Notes: generated from the sequence alone by a model not told the origin. A stretch of DNA of 64,000 nt from the human T2T-CHM13v2.0 reference genome, Homo sapiens (GCA_009914755.4 CP086569.2:13664001-13728000), one strand, 5' to 3'. Counted from the stretch's first letter, positions 29,280 to 42,415 are shown. Translations and numbers: made by a program.

Positions 29280-30285
29280 GAAATTGTGGAAAAGTTACCA
29301 TACAGTTTATCATCTTAACCATTTTAAATTGTATAGTTCATTAGTAATAAGTGTTTTCACATTGTTGTGCAACCAGTCTCCAGAATTTTTTTCTTCTTAC
29401 AAAGCTGAAACTCAGTACCCACTAAAAACAACTCTTCTATTTCTTCCTGCTCCCCTACCCTCAAAGTCATCATTCTACTTTCTCTTTCTGAGTTTTACTG
29501 CTCTACGTAGCTCATGCCAATGAAATAATACAGTATTTTTCTTTTTGTGACCAGCTTGTTTCGCTCAGTAATGTCCTCACAGTTCATCATGTTTTAGCAT
29601 GTGGCAGAATTGTTTTGTTTTTAAGGCTGAATAATATAGTGCGGTTTGTGTATACTAGATTTTGTTGATCCCCTCATCTGTTGATGGACAGTAAAGTTGT
29701 TTTCAGCTTTTGACTACCATGAACCATACTTCCTTGAATATTTGTGTAGAAGTTTTGTTGGGGGCTTATGTTTGCATTCTCTAGGTTTTATATCTGGGAC
29801 TCAAATGGCTGGATGACAGTAAGTCTATGTTTAACTTATTGAGAGCTACCAAGTTTTTCCAAAGTGGCTGTACCACTTTACAATCCTCCCAGTAAGGTAG
29901 GAGTGTTACAGTTTCTCCTCGTCTTCACCAATACTACTTAAATGTTTTTTTGATTTGGTTATCCATTCTACTGATGTTGAAGTGGGATGTTAATATGGTT
30001 TTGTTTGCATTTCTTTGATGGCTAATGATGCTGAGCAATTTTTCATTTGCTTCCTAGCCATTTATCTATTTTTGAAGAAATGTCTGTTAACATCCTTTGC
30101 TCATTTTTAATTGATAATTTGTCATTTTATTATTCAATTATATGTGGTCAATGCTTGTATTATTTCTCTTTCCAGTTTTTGGTTTTGGGTTTTTTTTTTC
30201 CTTTCTGTCTGCAGTGGATGAAGGAGGATTTATTGATCTGAACTCTCTGGATAGGAAACCCTTCCCTTCATATTTTGTGTTGGCA
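29280..30285 (+). mobile_element. L1 (old L1M/L1P-type) 3'-end fragment
   Basis: catcttaaccattttaaattgtatagttcattag…ggctgaataatatagtgcggt…ttgatggacagtaaagttgttttcagcttttgactacc…ccaaagtggctgtaccactttacaatcctcccag…gatggctaatgatgctgagcaatttttcatttgcttcc… matches the L1 ORF2 3' / 3'UTR consensus. Confidence 0.8.
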
Positions 30286-30480
30286 GTTAAGGAGTCCTGA
30301 TTGATCACTAATCAGTCAGTTCAGTTCTAGTTATATATTGTAACATTTGATCTCAGCTTAATGAGATTTGTGGATATAATTTTTATTTATTTAAGATAAT
30401 ACTCTTCAAAATGGCAAATGTGAAACATTAATAACACATGAGTTACACTTTATTTTAGTCTGTGTCTTTTTCCTTTGCAG

Positions 30481-30611
30481 ATAGAACAGCTGTAGAAAAA
30501 TTACGAGCTGTTTGTTTGGACCATGCAAAACTTGGAGAAGGCAAACTTAGTCCACCCCTTGACTCTCTTTTCTTTGGTCCTTCTGCCTCCCAAGTTCTAT
30601 ACCTAACAGAG
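30481..30611 (+). CDS. USP9Y: USP9Y coding exon (D)[43 protein letters not shown]
   Basis: Acceptor cctttgcag|AT. Donor acagag|gttggt. 131 nt. Completes the gat codon left open by the previous exon. Confidence 0.85.
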
Positions 30612-30798
30612 GTTGGTTTTTGCCTTTGCAAAAATGTAATTTTTATATTATACGGTAATGTGAAGAACACTGATAAGACTGTAAAGAAAGTTTTTTAAAT
30701 AGTCGAATTTCTTAGCAATGATCAGAGGAGAAATAGATGTTACTAAGTTTTTTTTTAAATCCCTTTTAATATACTCTCCTTTTTTTTTTTTTTTCCAG

Positions 30799-31077
30799 GT
30801 AGTTTATGCCTTGTTAATGCCTGCTGGTGTGCCTCTAACTGATGGGTCCTCTGACTTTCAAGTTCACTTCTTGAAAAGTGGTGGCTTACCTCTTGTACTG
30901 AGTATGCTAATAAGAAATAACTTCTTGCCAAATACAGATATGGAAACTCGAAGGGGTGCTTATTTAAATGCTCTTAAAATAGCCAAACTGTTGTTAACTG
31001 CGATTGGCTATGGCCATGTTCGAGCTGTAGCAGAAGCTTGTCAGCCAGTTGTAGATGGTACAGACCCCATAACACAG
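30799..31077 (+). CDS. USP9Y: USP9Y coding exon [93 protein letters not shown]
   Basis: Acceptor follows a long poly-T tract (ttttccag|GTA). Donor acacag|gtaata. 279 nt, phase 0/0. Confidence 0.9.
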
Positions 31078-32986
31078 GTAATAAATGTTAAGAAACTTTT
31101 AAAAATATTTAGTCCTTACTATTTAATAAATGTAAACTCTGTAATAATTATTAATTATTACTATTTAATAAATGTAAACTTTTAAGTAGATGATGGAAAT
31201 AATTCAACAGATAGCATATTATCTTAGGGATTTTTTTGATTAAGTTGTATTTATATTAAAAATGTAAAGATTGACTGTTGCCTATCCTACTTTGAGTGAA
31301 CTTCCCAGTCTCTTTAAATCATTTTTTACTTTCAGTTGTTTAAAGTGTAATGAAAACTTCACCTGAATCTTTTGTTAAGTCATACCAAAAAGATACATAA
31401 AGACAGTTCGTCATAAAGGAGAATATATAATTGCCATGCAGCAAACCTCTCTTCCCACAACTGTGAATCTCTTTCTCCTTTGCTGTTAGCCTTGAGCAGC
31501 ATCACCAACAGTTCTCAAGAAGTGCTTAGATTGGATGCAAAAGATGAATTCAGTTCTAACTAAATTGAGTTCACTCACTTATGTTATAAAGGATGGTTTT
31601 ACTAATTACTGCTTGAAGATAAAATGGTTCAGGGATACAGATTATTACATTTAGATATATGTGAGGTGTTAATTAGGGAAATTTGGATAGTGACTGGATT
31701 ATCTGTATATTCTAGACTGATTAATTTTATTTTGGGTATGAGTCATGCTGTCATTATTGACCTAAGATAAAATGTCTCAGGTTTGCTTCAAAATAATTCT
31801 GGGGTAATATAATTCTGGGTTTGTTTCTTGGGGAGTCAGTGAAACAAGTTTAAACATTTGTTAATAATTATTGAAGCTAGATAATGGGTATTTGAGGATG
31901 TATTATATTCTTTTATCTGCTTTTATATATTTTTTGAAATGTTTCATTCAAAAAAAGGACAAAAAGAAGAAAGTGGTCTTGTACATGTCAATTTAGATAT
32001 TAATTTACAAAGCTCTGTCTCCATCCTGAGTAAGTTTTATTGCTTTATATTGTGGGCTTCATGCATATTTACATAAAAAAAGGTAGGGTTCTTATTATGG
32101 TCCTTGTTATGGGAGTTTACTGAAATACAAACAAGATATTTTTTGTATCTTTTTACATATTTCTTTCTGTATGCATGTTTAAGAAGTGTGCTACCAAAGG
32201 ACACAGAGATACATAATAATCTCTAATCATATTCTGGTAAGGAGCTTAAGGAAAATTAGTCTTTAAAATATGTTTAATGTACGACTGTCTACAATACGTA
32301 CAAGAGGTTACCTTTTGAGAAATTGGAAAACGCAAAGAAAATTCTGAGGGGTTTCTCTCATAGATTTAAAAGCTTTTTATGCTATTAAGTAAGATGTTGT
32401 AGTACTTTCTACACATTCCACACTTATTAATCCTTGATTACTATAATTCCTTTCCATGGAGAAGTTATGAATAGAGAATATTTGGTTCTGCCAGTATTAG
32501 AGTAAACACAGTTATTTTTGCATTTTGGAGCACTCCTAATCCTTCTTTTGCTACTGAGTTGAATTAGAGAGTTAATATATTACCAGTAATGTTAACAAGA
32601 CAATTTTGGTGTAAGAACAAGTGACACAAGACTTTGCTGACATGAAAAACTCTAGTTGGATTAGCAAAATTCAATTTGCAGTTTTAAAGCATTGTGTAAC
32701 TTTTTATTCAACAAGTAATTGATATTATGTATGTACTTAGTACCTAGTATAAAACAGATAATTGCTAGAGATGCATGTAGACCTCACATAATTTCTAAAT
32801 TTATTGGATATTAATGGTCAAAATATATTGAGCTGTTTCTTGTATGCCAGTCACTATGCTTTATCTCCTTTAATCACGAAGACAGCTATATTTGTTGAGC
32901 CTCTGCTATTACTTTCTATTTAGTAAGTGAAAATTGAGACCTGGAGCCATGAAGTAGCTTGGTCCAAAATGATAACCGTCAGCTGA

Positions 32987-33432
<446 letters not shown>

Positions 33433-33616
33433 TGAAAATAATATGTACATAACAGTTAAATTTTAAAATTCGTTGGTTGAAGTTGGAAACAGTGGCTGGA
33501 AGTATTTGATTTGTTCAGTCTTAACGCTTTGACCGCCTGACAGTTGCAGTAACATCTCCCCCAGGCTCTCGAATCTCTTAAAATATCTGTTTTAATATGG
33601 TCTTTTTAAACTTTTT

Positions 33617-33910
33617 TTAAACTTTAGGCCAGGTGTGGTGGCTGATGCCTATAATCCCAGCATTTTGGGAGGCCTAGGGGTGAAGATCACTTGAGGTCAA
33701 GAGTCCAAGACCAGCCTGGTCAGCATGGCGAAACCCTGTCTCTCCTAAAAATACAAAAATTAGCCGGGCGTGGTGATGTGTGCCTGTATTCCCAGTTACT
33801 GGGGAGGCTGAGGCAGGAGAATTGCTTGAACCCAGGAGGGAGAGGTTGTAGTGAGTCGAGATTTCACCACTGCACTCCAGCCTGGGTGACAGATTGAGAC
33901 TCTGTCTCAA
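33617..33910 (+). mobile_element. Alu
   Basis: ggccaggtgtggtggctgatgcctataatcccagcattttgggaggcc…cctgggtgacagattgagactctgtctc. Confidence 0.9.
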
Positions 33911-34194
33911 ATTTTAAGAAAATAAAATAAAACTTTACTGTGTAAATAACAGCGGTAGAGAGGATAATAGGTTAAGCTGCGAGAAGCTTTAGCCTGTCTG
34001 TGAAATGAGCATTAGAATGCAGGTGGCATAATCAGCCTTGGGCAAAATAAGTAGCTTCCTAAAGACTAAGTCTGTAGATTTTAAAGGACTGTTTAATGGT
34101 ATCCTCAGTTTTCTCCATTGTATTATGGTAGGCCTAGTCACCTGTGGCAAAGGGGGACCAGGAGAAGTTTCTACCCAGAGACATGTTGTATCAT

Positions 34195-34475
34195 TTATCC
34201 CCTGCAAATGAGCCCAAGTGCAGAAATAATAGAATTCATCTCAAATTGGAGTTTCCAGGGTGTTACTACGTGTGTAGTTTATTTCACTTTGAGTAATATT
34301 CGATATTCAAGGCATGGTAATTCCACATTTTGTTAATTCGTTTGTTGATGGGCATTTGGATTGTTTCTAGTTTTGGCTGATGATGGGAGTAAAACTGTTA
34401 GGAAACTCATCAACATATCATAGAGCTTCTGTGGATATATGGTTTTATATCTCTTGGGTAAACACCTCCGTACGT
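34195..34475 (+). mobile_element. Short L1 fragment
   Basis: …cgtttgttgatgggcatttggattgtttctagttttggctgatgatgggagtaaaactgttaggaaactcatcaacatatc…ctcttgggtaaacacctc matches L1 (…gttgatgggcatttgggttgtttccagtttttggctattatgaataaagctgc…). Confidence 0.7.
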
Positions 34476-34683
34476 CTATCACTTTGAAAGACAGCTCCAT
34501 AATGTTGGCAATGTGAAATAATTTTTATGCAAACCCCCATAAACTCCACAGGGGTAAGTGAAGGAATAACATGCCGAGGAAGTGGTGATGGATGAGGAGT
34601 AAAAATTTTTTTAATGTAAAAATTTTAGGGATTATGGTATATACAGTTTTTTCATTTGACGTAAAATGATTCACTTTTTTCAG

Positions 34684-34809
34684 ATTAACCAAGTTACTCA
34701 TGATCAAGCAGTGGTGCTACAAAGTGCCCTTCAGAGCATTCCTAATCCCTCATCCGAGTGCGTACTTAGAAATGAGTCCATACTTCTTGCTCAGGAAATA
34801 TCTAATGAG
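34684..34809 (+). CDS. USP9Y: USP9Y coding exon [42 protein letters not shown]
   Basis: Acceptor ttttttcag|ATT. Donor aatgag|gttagt. 126 nt. Confidence 0.85.
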
Positions 34810-35164
34810 GTTAGTATGAAAGTTAGACAGTTCTGGGATCTTGAATGATCTCTACTTAACACGTAAATAAATTAAGCTATGAGAATTTGAGGCTAAATAT
34901 TGTAGACCCAAAACACTTTAGTCTCTATCTCAATTTATTTAAAATTTCATAAAGTTATGTTTGACCTGATAGCTGCTGATAATATTAATATTAGAGCTTT
35001 AGAAATTTTGAAATTTTTAAATAAGCTTTCTGAGTTATAATTTACATTGCACAAACTAGATCAAATAAGTTTTAGTATATGTTTAAACTGCTCACACAAG
35101 CAAGGAATAGGACGTTTATAATGGCTCCAGAAGTTTTCTTGTGATGTTTATTCTCTTAAATTTT

Positions 35165-35465
35165 ACATAAATGGAATCATATACGTTGTACTCTTTTGGG
35201 TCTGGCTTATATCCATCAGCAAAATTTTGAAAGTTATTCATGTTGTTATATATGTGTGTAGTTTATTTCACTTTGGGTAATAGTCCATGTATGGTTACTC
35301 CACATGTTGCTAATTCATTCGTGTGTTGATGGACATTTGGATTATTCACAACAGTCTAGTTTTGACTGTTGTGAATAAAATTTTTGGGTAACTCATCAAG
35401 TCATAGTGCTTCTGTGGACATACATTTTTATATCTCTTGGGTGAACACCTCTGCATAGCATGGCT
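35165..35465 (+). mobile_element. Short L1 fragment covering the same L1 region as 34195..34475
   Basis: aaatggaatcatatacgttgtactcttttgggtctggcttatatccatcagcaaaattttgaaagttattcatgttg…gttgatggacatttggattattcacaacagtctagttttgactgttgtgaataa…. Confidence 0.7.
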
Positions 35466-35775
35466 AAGTAATTTGACTGTTGTTATTTTTAAAATTTTAT
35501 GAAAAATAGGATAAAGCCATATCAGACTTGAACCTGAAGCATACTTGGTGGGTATTGCTGTGTCTTCCGTTCATATGGGAAGCCATATTTTTTGACTTAA
35601 TGTTAAGATATTAAAAAAATGAGAACAAGGGAACTTTGGTCCTTAAAGGCAGGTCTGATGCATGTTTACTTTTACTTCCATTTCCACTTCTTTCACTAAG
35701 AGAAATATTTTGTTTTCCTGATTATTCACTTTAATGTTCTGCCAGCACTTTTAATTATTTATTTCTTTTCTGCAG

Positions 35776-35901
35776 GCTTCAAGATATATGCCTGATATTT
35801 GTGTAATTAGGGCTATACAGAAAATTATCTGGGCATCAGCATGTGGGGCATTAGGACTAGTTTTTAGCCCAAATGAAGAAATAACTAAAATTTATCAGAT
35901 G
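35776..35901 (+). CDS. USP9Y: USP9Y coding exon [42 protein letters not shown]
   Basis: Acceptor ttctgcag|GCT. Donor cagatg|gtaaga. 126 nt. Confidence 0.85.
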
Positions 35902-36261
35902 GTAAGAATTATTACAGAAATAGATTTTTAAGAAAATGTTGCTTCATTGTACATGTGATTAAATTTTCATCATTTCTGTCACCTTATAGACCAAGTCGCT
36001 TGTATCTAATGGTTTAAAATTTATTGCTACCTATAAATAAAATGAGAATATATTGTTTTATTTTGGAAATAAAATACTCTAGAAGCCTGCTATGAGGCAG
36101 CTTTCTTTTCCTACTTTTTTAAAAAGACTTCTCATTGACTCAAATATAGTTATACTGTAATGAATCCACCTCTCCCTATTTTCTTTAGTTCTTCTTGATT
36201 TTGTCCTGTGTAAATTTTTGGTAATTGTCTCTTTGGGAATTATGGCATTTAAATTTTACCT

Positions 36262-36559
36262 GGCGTCGGGCACAGTGGCTCACACCTGTTAATCCCAGCA
36301 TTCTAGGAGGCCAAGGTGGGCGGATCGCCTGAGGTCAGTAGTTCAAAACCAGCCTGGTCAACATGGTGAAACCACATCTCTCCGGCAGGTGGGGGGCGGG
36401 GGAAGGGGGCAAATTAGCCACACATGGTGGCGCATGCCTGTCATCCCAGCTACATGGGTGGCTGAGGCATGAGAATCACTTGAACCTGGGAGGCAGATGT
36501 TGCAGTGAGTGGAAATCCTCTGCACTCAAGCCTGGTGACAGAGCAAGACTCTGTCTCAA
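36262..36559 (+). mobile_element. Alu followed by (TCAA)n
   Basis: ctggcgtcgggcacagtggctcacacctgttaatcccagcattctaggaggcc… The tail is replaced by tcaatcaatcaatcaatcc at 36557-36575. Confidence 0.85.
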
Positions 36560-37308
36560 TCAATCAATCAATCCATTTTACGTGGTTCTTTTAGAACACT
36601 CAACAGCAGGAAGAGTGTCTAACATTTAGGTATTATCACCAGCCTTGTGGTACATTAAGCAAGCTATTTACAGAAATAAGACTGTTTAGCTCTTTGTTGT
36701 CTGTGGTGTTTACCTACCCATATAGAACCCTGATGGTCTCCATTAAAATATACATTAGTGTATTTAAATATACATTAGTATAGTTAAAATGAGAAAGTGT
36801 GTCATGGCATTATACAACTTCCGTTTTAGGAATAGTTGAATGGTTATTCTGTTCCAAACGTACAAGTCTTAGTTACATTTTGATGGATAGTGACAGATTA
36901 AAAATTATTAGCTACCTAGTTATATTTTAGGTTGCAGAAGTCTTCCATAGGCTTCCTGAACATTTGTATTATGATCAATTTTTGAATGAAATGACTTGTA
37001 GGTAGGCTCTACAATAGAACTACTCAAAGACCCAAACTGCAGTGCCAAAGTGATTCTGTAGTAGCAGTTATGATTGAGGCAGATCAGTCACATCCAGAAG
37101 AACATGAAAAGTGAGGAGTACCTATCACTGAATGTGCTTCTTAAATCCCCCTTGGAGTATATCCCAAAGAGCCTCTCTAGCCGCAAGTGAAGAGTCTGAG
37201 GCCGCATGGTCTTTACCAAGTAGGCAATTGTAAATGTTAACCAGAGGGTTTGTGAATTTCTTCTTGAATATGTCTCTAGGTAACTTGCTCCTGATTCTAA
37301 TTTTGCAG

Positions 37309-37478
37309 ACCACCAATGGAAGCAATAAGCTGGAGGTGGAAGATGAACAAGTTTGCTGTGAAGCACTGGAAGTGATGACCTTATGTTTTGCTTTACTTCC
37401 AACAGCGTTGGATGCACTTAGTAAAGAAAAAGCCTGGCAGACCTTCATCATTGACTTATTATTGCACTGTCCAAGCAA
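37309..37478 (+). CDS. USP9Y: USP9Y coding exon [56 protein letters not shown](K)
   Basis: Acceptor ttttgcag|ACC. Donor agcaa|gtatgt. 170 nt, ends in phase 2. Joins to the exon 17 kb downstream (aa+a = Lys). Confidence 0.85.
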
Positions 37479-38034
37479 GTATGTGATTTTTATGTGTAAT
37501 TTGAAGGAAGGCTTACCTTACCGTTCCAAGCAGAAATGAATGACTTCTGAAGAAAATTTTTTTCCAGAAGTGAAGGAAGGAACCCTTTTACTTGCCCATG
37601 TAATACCTTGAAGTGTAGAAGCATTTTTTTAAAAACATTTCCAGTTAACCTGAATTTTTTTCTCTGCAAGATGCCAGCATTGATTTTTTTCTTTTACTTT
37701 TTTTTATTGTAGTAAATCATGTAATTATATACATAACACAAAATTAGCCATTTTAACCTCTTTTTTAAGTTAGCTTTATTCAGTGGCATTAATTGCACAA
37801 TATTGTGCAGTTATGACTGGTGTATATTGAATGATTGCAATATTGTGCAGTCACTCCTGCTTTATCTCAAAAATATTTTATCACCCTCAAAATATTTTAT
37901 CACCCTCAACAAATTCTTTTTAACTAATGACTCCCATTTTCACTACCCTCCAATCTCTGATAACTTAAAATATTCATTTAGTTTCTATGCATTTCCTATT
38001 TTAGGTATGTCACATAAGTGAAATCACACAAATT

Positions 38035-39735
38035 TGTGCCTTTGTGTCTAGTTTGTTAGCTTAGCATAATGTTTTAAAGGTTCATCTATGTTGTAGCATG
38101 GTCAGAACTTGATTCATTTTCAGGGGATACTCTCTCATATGTGTATACTAGATGTTGTTTATACATCGGTCTGTTGATAGACACCTGGATTATTTCTACC
38201 TTTTAGCTCTTGATTACTGTTATTGTGAATATTACTATGAGCACAGATCTCTGAGTTCTTATTCTCAGAGCTATTGAGTATATTTGTAGAAATGGATGTG
38301 CTGGGTCATAGGGTAAGTTGTGTTTAACTTTTTGAAGATCTGCTGAACTTTTTTAACATTGGCTTCACCACTTTACACTCCCAACCTCACCTTACACAGG
38401 CTTTAGTTTCTCCAAATCCTCTCCCACACTATTTTCACTTTTGTTAATGGCCATCCTAACGTATGTAAGATGTAACCTCATTGTGGTTTGTATTTACATT
38501 TCCTTATGACTATTGTAGTGATATTGAGCATTGGCTCTTGTGATATTACTGGCCACTTGTATATCTGCTTTAGAGAAATGTATCTTCCAGTTTTTATAGC
38601 ATTATTGAATTTGATTATTTTTGTAGTGAGTTTCTGTATATATTCTGGATATTAATTCCTTTCCAGACTAATGATTTACAAACATTTTCTCCTATTCTTC
38701 AGGATTTATTTCCACTCTGCTGATAATGTTATTTTATGCACAGAAGTTTTTAATTTTCATGAAGTTTAATTTATGTCTTTTTTGGTTTCCTGTGTTTCCA
38801 TCATCCTCAGTATAGAAATCATTGGCAAATCCAGAGCAAAAGCTATTTTCTCCTACATTGTTTTCTAAGAATTTTTTATTTTTATAGTTCTTAATTTTAG
38901 ATCTTTCATCCAATTGGAGTTGATTTTTGTGAATGATGTGAAACTAAGTGTCCAACTCCATTCTTTTGAATGTGGATATCCAGCTTTCCCATCATGATGA
39001 ACATGGTCTTACCCCATTGAGTGGTCTAGGCACCTTGTTGAAGATACAAGGGGTTGTTTCTAGGCTCTAAATTATATTCCTTTGGTCTATATGCCTGTCC
39101 TTAGGCCAATGCCACACTCCTGATTAGTACATCAGGGAATATAAGTCCTTCAGCTTTGTTGGGGTTTTTAGTTTGTTTGTGTTTTGGTTTTGCCTAGGTT
39201 TTTATTTGTTTTTGAGGTTATTTGGACCTTCTAGGTTCTATAAAAATCCATATAAATTTTAAGCTGGATATTGCATTGAATCTCTCTCAAAAGAGTGATT
39301 GCCTCTTAACAGTATTAAGTCTTCCAAGACATGAACATGGGATGTCTTTTCATTTACTTAGATTCTGTTTACTTCTTCAACACTCTTATTTCTTCTCTGC
39401 GAAATTATTTCTAAGTACTGTAGTGCTAACTCTTTTTGCTGCTCTTGTGGATGGAATTGTTTTCTTAATTTTGTTTTGGGATATTCATTGCTAGTATATC
39501 AAAACAACTAATTTTTTTATATTGATTTTATTTATCCTGCAATTTTGTTAAATTTCTTTATGAATTAGAGGTTTTTTTACAGTAAGATCATGCCACTTGC
39601 AAATAACATAGTTTTACTTTTTCTTTCCTTTTTGGACCAAATTTATCTCTTCCCTTTTTTGCCTATATGCTCTACTGCCTTGATTAGTAGTAGTAAGAGC
39701 AGGCGTACTTATCTTGTTCCTGATTGAGGAAAAGC
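38035..39735 (+). mobile_element. L1 (L1M-type) 3' fragment, ~1.7 kb
   Basis: …cataatgttttaaaggttcatctatgttgtagcatggtcagaac…ctgttgatagacacctggattatttctacc…cattgtggtttgtatttacatttcc…gatttacaaacattttctcc…ccaactccattcttttgaatgtggatatccagctttcccatcatgatgaacatggtcttaccccattgagtggtctaggcacc…cttgttcctgattgagga is colinear with the L1 ORF2 3' portion. Confidence 0.85.
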
Positions 39736-40330
39736 TTTTAGTCTTTCACGATTTAGTGATGTTGTTATTCCTGATCCAGACCCCTAGAGAGGGTTCCTGG
39801 ACCTGGGTCAAGTCCACAGAGTAAAATAAGAGCAAGTTTATAGAGAAGTAAGGAACCAAAAGCACGGCTACTCCATAGGCAGAGCAGCCCTGAGAGTTGC
39901 TAGTTGGTTATTTTTGTGGTGATTTCTTGATTACATGCGAAACAAAGTTTATTTGTGCTAAACAAGTGGATTATTCATGGGTTTTCTGGGAAAGGGGTGG
40001 GAATCTGCTGCTCCCCACTCCCAACCCACCTGATGGTTTCTCCCTTTTTTGAACTATATAGGATAAAGTCTGGATGGTTGCCACGGTATTTGTAAAGTGA
40101 TATGACGCTGGTGGGAGTGTCTTTTCGCAAGCTAATGCATTATATTTAGCGTACAAAGAGCCAGCTTCTTTACTGCATCCTGTTTTATCAGCAGGGTCTT
40201 TGTGACCTGCATTTTGTGTGGACTTCCTGTGGGAGTCGCTCTGGTTCGAATACCTGTGACCATGTTAGCTATTAGTTTTTCATATACGGCCTTTATGCTG
40301 TTGAGAAACTTCTCTTGTATTCCAAGTTTT
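39690..40330 (+). repeat. Unclassified interspersed repeat (LTR-like), copy 1 of an adjacent homologous pair
   Basis: …cctgatccagacccctagagagggttcctgg…ggctactccataggcagagcagccctgagagttgctagttggttatttttgtggtgatttcttgattacatgcgaaacaa…tgtgaccatgttagc. About 75-80% similar to 40440..41340. Confidence 0.5.
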
Positions 40331-40439
40331 CAAAATCAGTTTTATTATGAAAAGGTGTTTACATTAGTTTGGATAATTTTTTTGACTCAATTGAGATAGC
40401 CTTAAGCCTTATTTTCTTTATTGTATTTCTGATGATACT

Positions 40440-41340
40440 GTTACTGGAAAAGATTCCTGATCCAGATCCTAAGAGAGGACTCTTCGGTCTCATGTAAGAA
40501 AGAATTCAGGGTGAGACCATAAAGTAAAGGCAAGTTTATTAAGAAAGTAGAGGAATAGGCCGGGCACAGTGGCTCACACCTGTAATCCTAGCACTCTGGG
40601 AGGCCGAGGCAGGCAGATCACCAGAGGTCAGGAGTTCAAGACCAGCCTGACCAACCTGGTGAAACCCCATCTCTAGTAAAATAGAAAAATTAGCCAGGCA
40701 TGATGGCAGGTGCCTGTAATCCCAGCTACTTGGGAGGCTGAGACGGGAGATTGTTTGAAACCTGGAAGACGGTGGTGCAGTGAGCTGAGATTGCACCACT
40801 GCACTCCAGCCTGGGCGGCTAAGTGAGACTCTGTCAGGAAGGGGTGGGGGAGGGGCAGGGGAAAAGAAAGTAGAGGAATAAGAAAATGGCTACTCCAAAG
40901 GCAGAGCAGCCCTGAGGGCTGCTGGTTACCCATTTATGTGGTTATTTGTTGATTATATGCAAAACAAGGGTTGGGTTATTCATGCTTTCCATTTTTATAC
41001 CATATAGGGTAAACTTCCTGACATTGCCATGGCATTTGTAAACTGTCATGGCGCTGGTGAGACTGCAGCAGTGAGGATGACCAGAAGTCACTCTCATTGC
41101 CGTATTGGTTTTGGTGGGGTTTAGCTGGCTTTCTTACTGCAACCTGTTTCATCAGCAAGGTCTTTATGATCTGTATCTTGTACCAACCTCTGTCTCGTCC
41201 TTTGACTTAGAATGCCTAACCCTCTGGGAATGCAGCCCAGTAGATCTCAGCCTTATTTTACCTAGCCCCTATTCAAGATGGAATTGTTCTGGTTCAGAGG
41301 CTTCTGACAATATATTAGGAATCAATTCATATGTTTAAAC
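40440..41340 (+). repeat. Unclassified interspersed repeat (LTR-like), copy 2, interrupted by the Alu at 40557..40836
   Basis: …cctgatccagatcctaagagaggactc…[Alu]…ggctactccaaaggcagagcagccctgagggctgctggttacccatttatgtggttatttgttgattatatgcaaaacaa…cctattcaagatggaattgttctggttcagaggc. Confidence 0.5.
40557..40836 (+). mobile_element. Alu inserted into the second copy of the repeat pair at 39690-41340
   Basis: aggccgggcacagtggctcacacctgtaatcctagcactctgggaggccgaggcagg… The flanking sequence (aagaaagtagaggaata) is duplicated on both sides. Confidence 0.85.
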
Positions 41341-42244
41341 ACCCTTACGTTCTTGATAAATCCCACACTTCATCGTGGTACCTTGTACTTTTAATATGCT
41401 GCTGGATTTCTTGCTAGTATTTTATTGAGGATTTTTGCATGTATATTGTTGTCAATGAAAAGAATCAAACTCTATAGAATATTTGAAGAGATTTATTCTG
41501 AGCCAAATATGAGTGCCCATGGCCCGTGACACAGCCCTCAGGAGGTCCTGAGAACATGTGCCCAAGGTGGTCGGGGTGCAGCTTGGTTTTACACATTTTA
41601 GGGAGGCATTAGACATCAATCAGATACATGTACAAAATACACTGGTTTGGTCCAGAAAGGCGGGACAACTCAAAAGCGGGTGATGGGGGCTTCCAGGGTA
41701 TAGGTAAATTTAAACATTTTCTGGTTGACAATTGGTTTTATGCAAAGACCTGGGATCATAGAAAGCACATGTTCAGGTTAAGATAAAAGATTGTGGAGAC
41801 CAAGGTTCTTGTGAAGTCTTTTTACAGTGGCTGCCCTTAGAGACAATAAATGACAAATGTTTTTTATTCAGATCTTGAAAAGGTGCTGGACCTTCAGTTA
41901 ATCTCTTTAGGATTGACAGGGCTTGGAAGAAAAACACTTGGCTATATTAATAGAGATTCTTAACAGATGCAGGTTTTCTCCCACAAAGGAAAGCTTTGCA
42001 GAGCTGTTTCAAGATATGGCTAAGAAACATGTTTTGGGGTAAAATATTTTGATTTTCTTCCTTGTATCGTAATGTTATGCCAGAGTCAGACTGAAAAGTA
42101 AGTCACGATATATAGGGTTAAATAAAAGCCATCTGATGAGGATTTATGATTTGTAGGGAATGACTCCCCAGACCCTTTAGACAGGAATTTGGGCAACATA
42201 AAAAGTCAGATCTTCGTCCTCATTGTTAAAAGGTATTGTGTTGG

Positions 42245-42415
42245 TCTCTACTTTCCCCTTCCCTCCTTCCCTTCCTTTCTCCTTCCCTTTTTCTTCCCTT
42301 TTGCTTCCCTTCTCCTTCCCTTCCCCTTCCCTTCCCCTTTCCCTTCCCTCCCCCTTCCCCTCCCTCTCTCCCTCCCTCCTTCCTTCCTTCCGTCCTTCCT
42401 TCTTTCGAAAAAATA
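42245..42415. repeat. ~170-bp polypyrimidine (CTTCC/CCTT-rich) low-complexity tract
   Basis: cttccccttccctccttcccttcctttctccttccc…ccctccctctctccctccctccttccttccttccgtccttcc. More than 95% C+T on the + strand. Confidence 0.95.

Noticed and set aside
30718-31185. 155-aa + ORF spanning exon 30799..31077
   Set aside because: Only the central 279 nt between the AG acceptor and GT donor is exon. The ORF's ends run into intron (poly-T tract upstream, AT-rich sequence downstream).
34195-39735. Treating the L1 pieces at 29280, 34195, 35165 and 38035 as one disrupted full-length L1
   Set aside because: They cover overlapping, not consecutive, parts of the L1 consensus and have different divergence. 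They are therefore separate truncated insertions. The 34195/35165 pair may be a local duplication and is reported as a low-interest finding.
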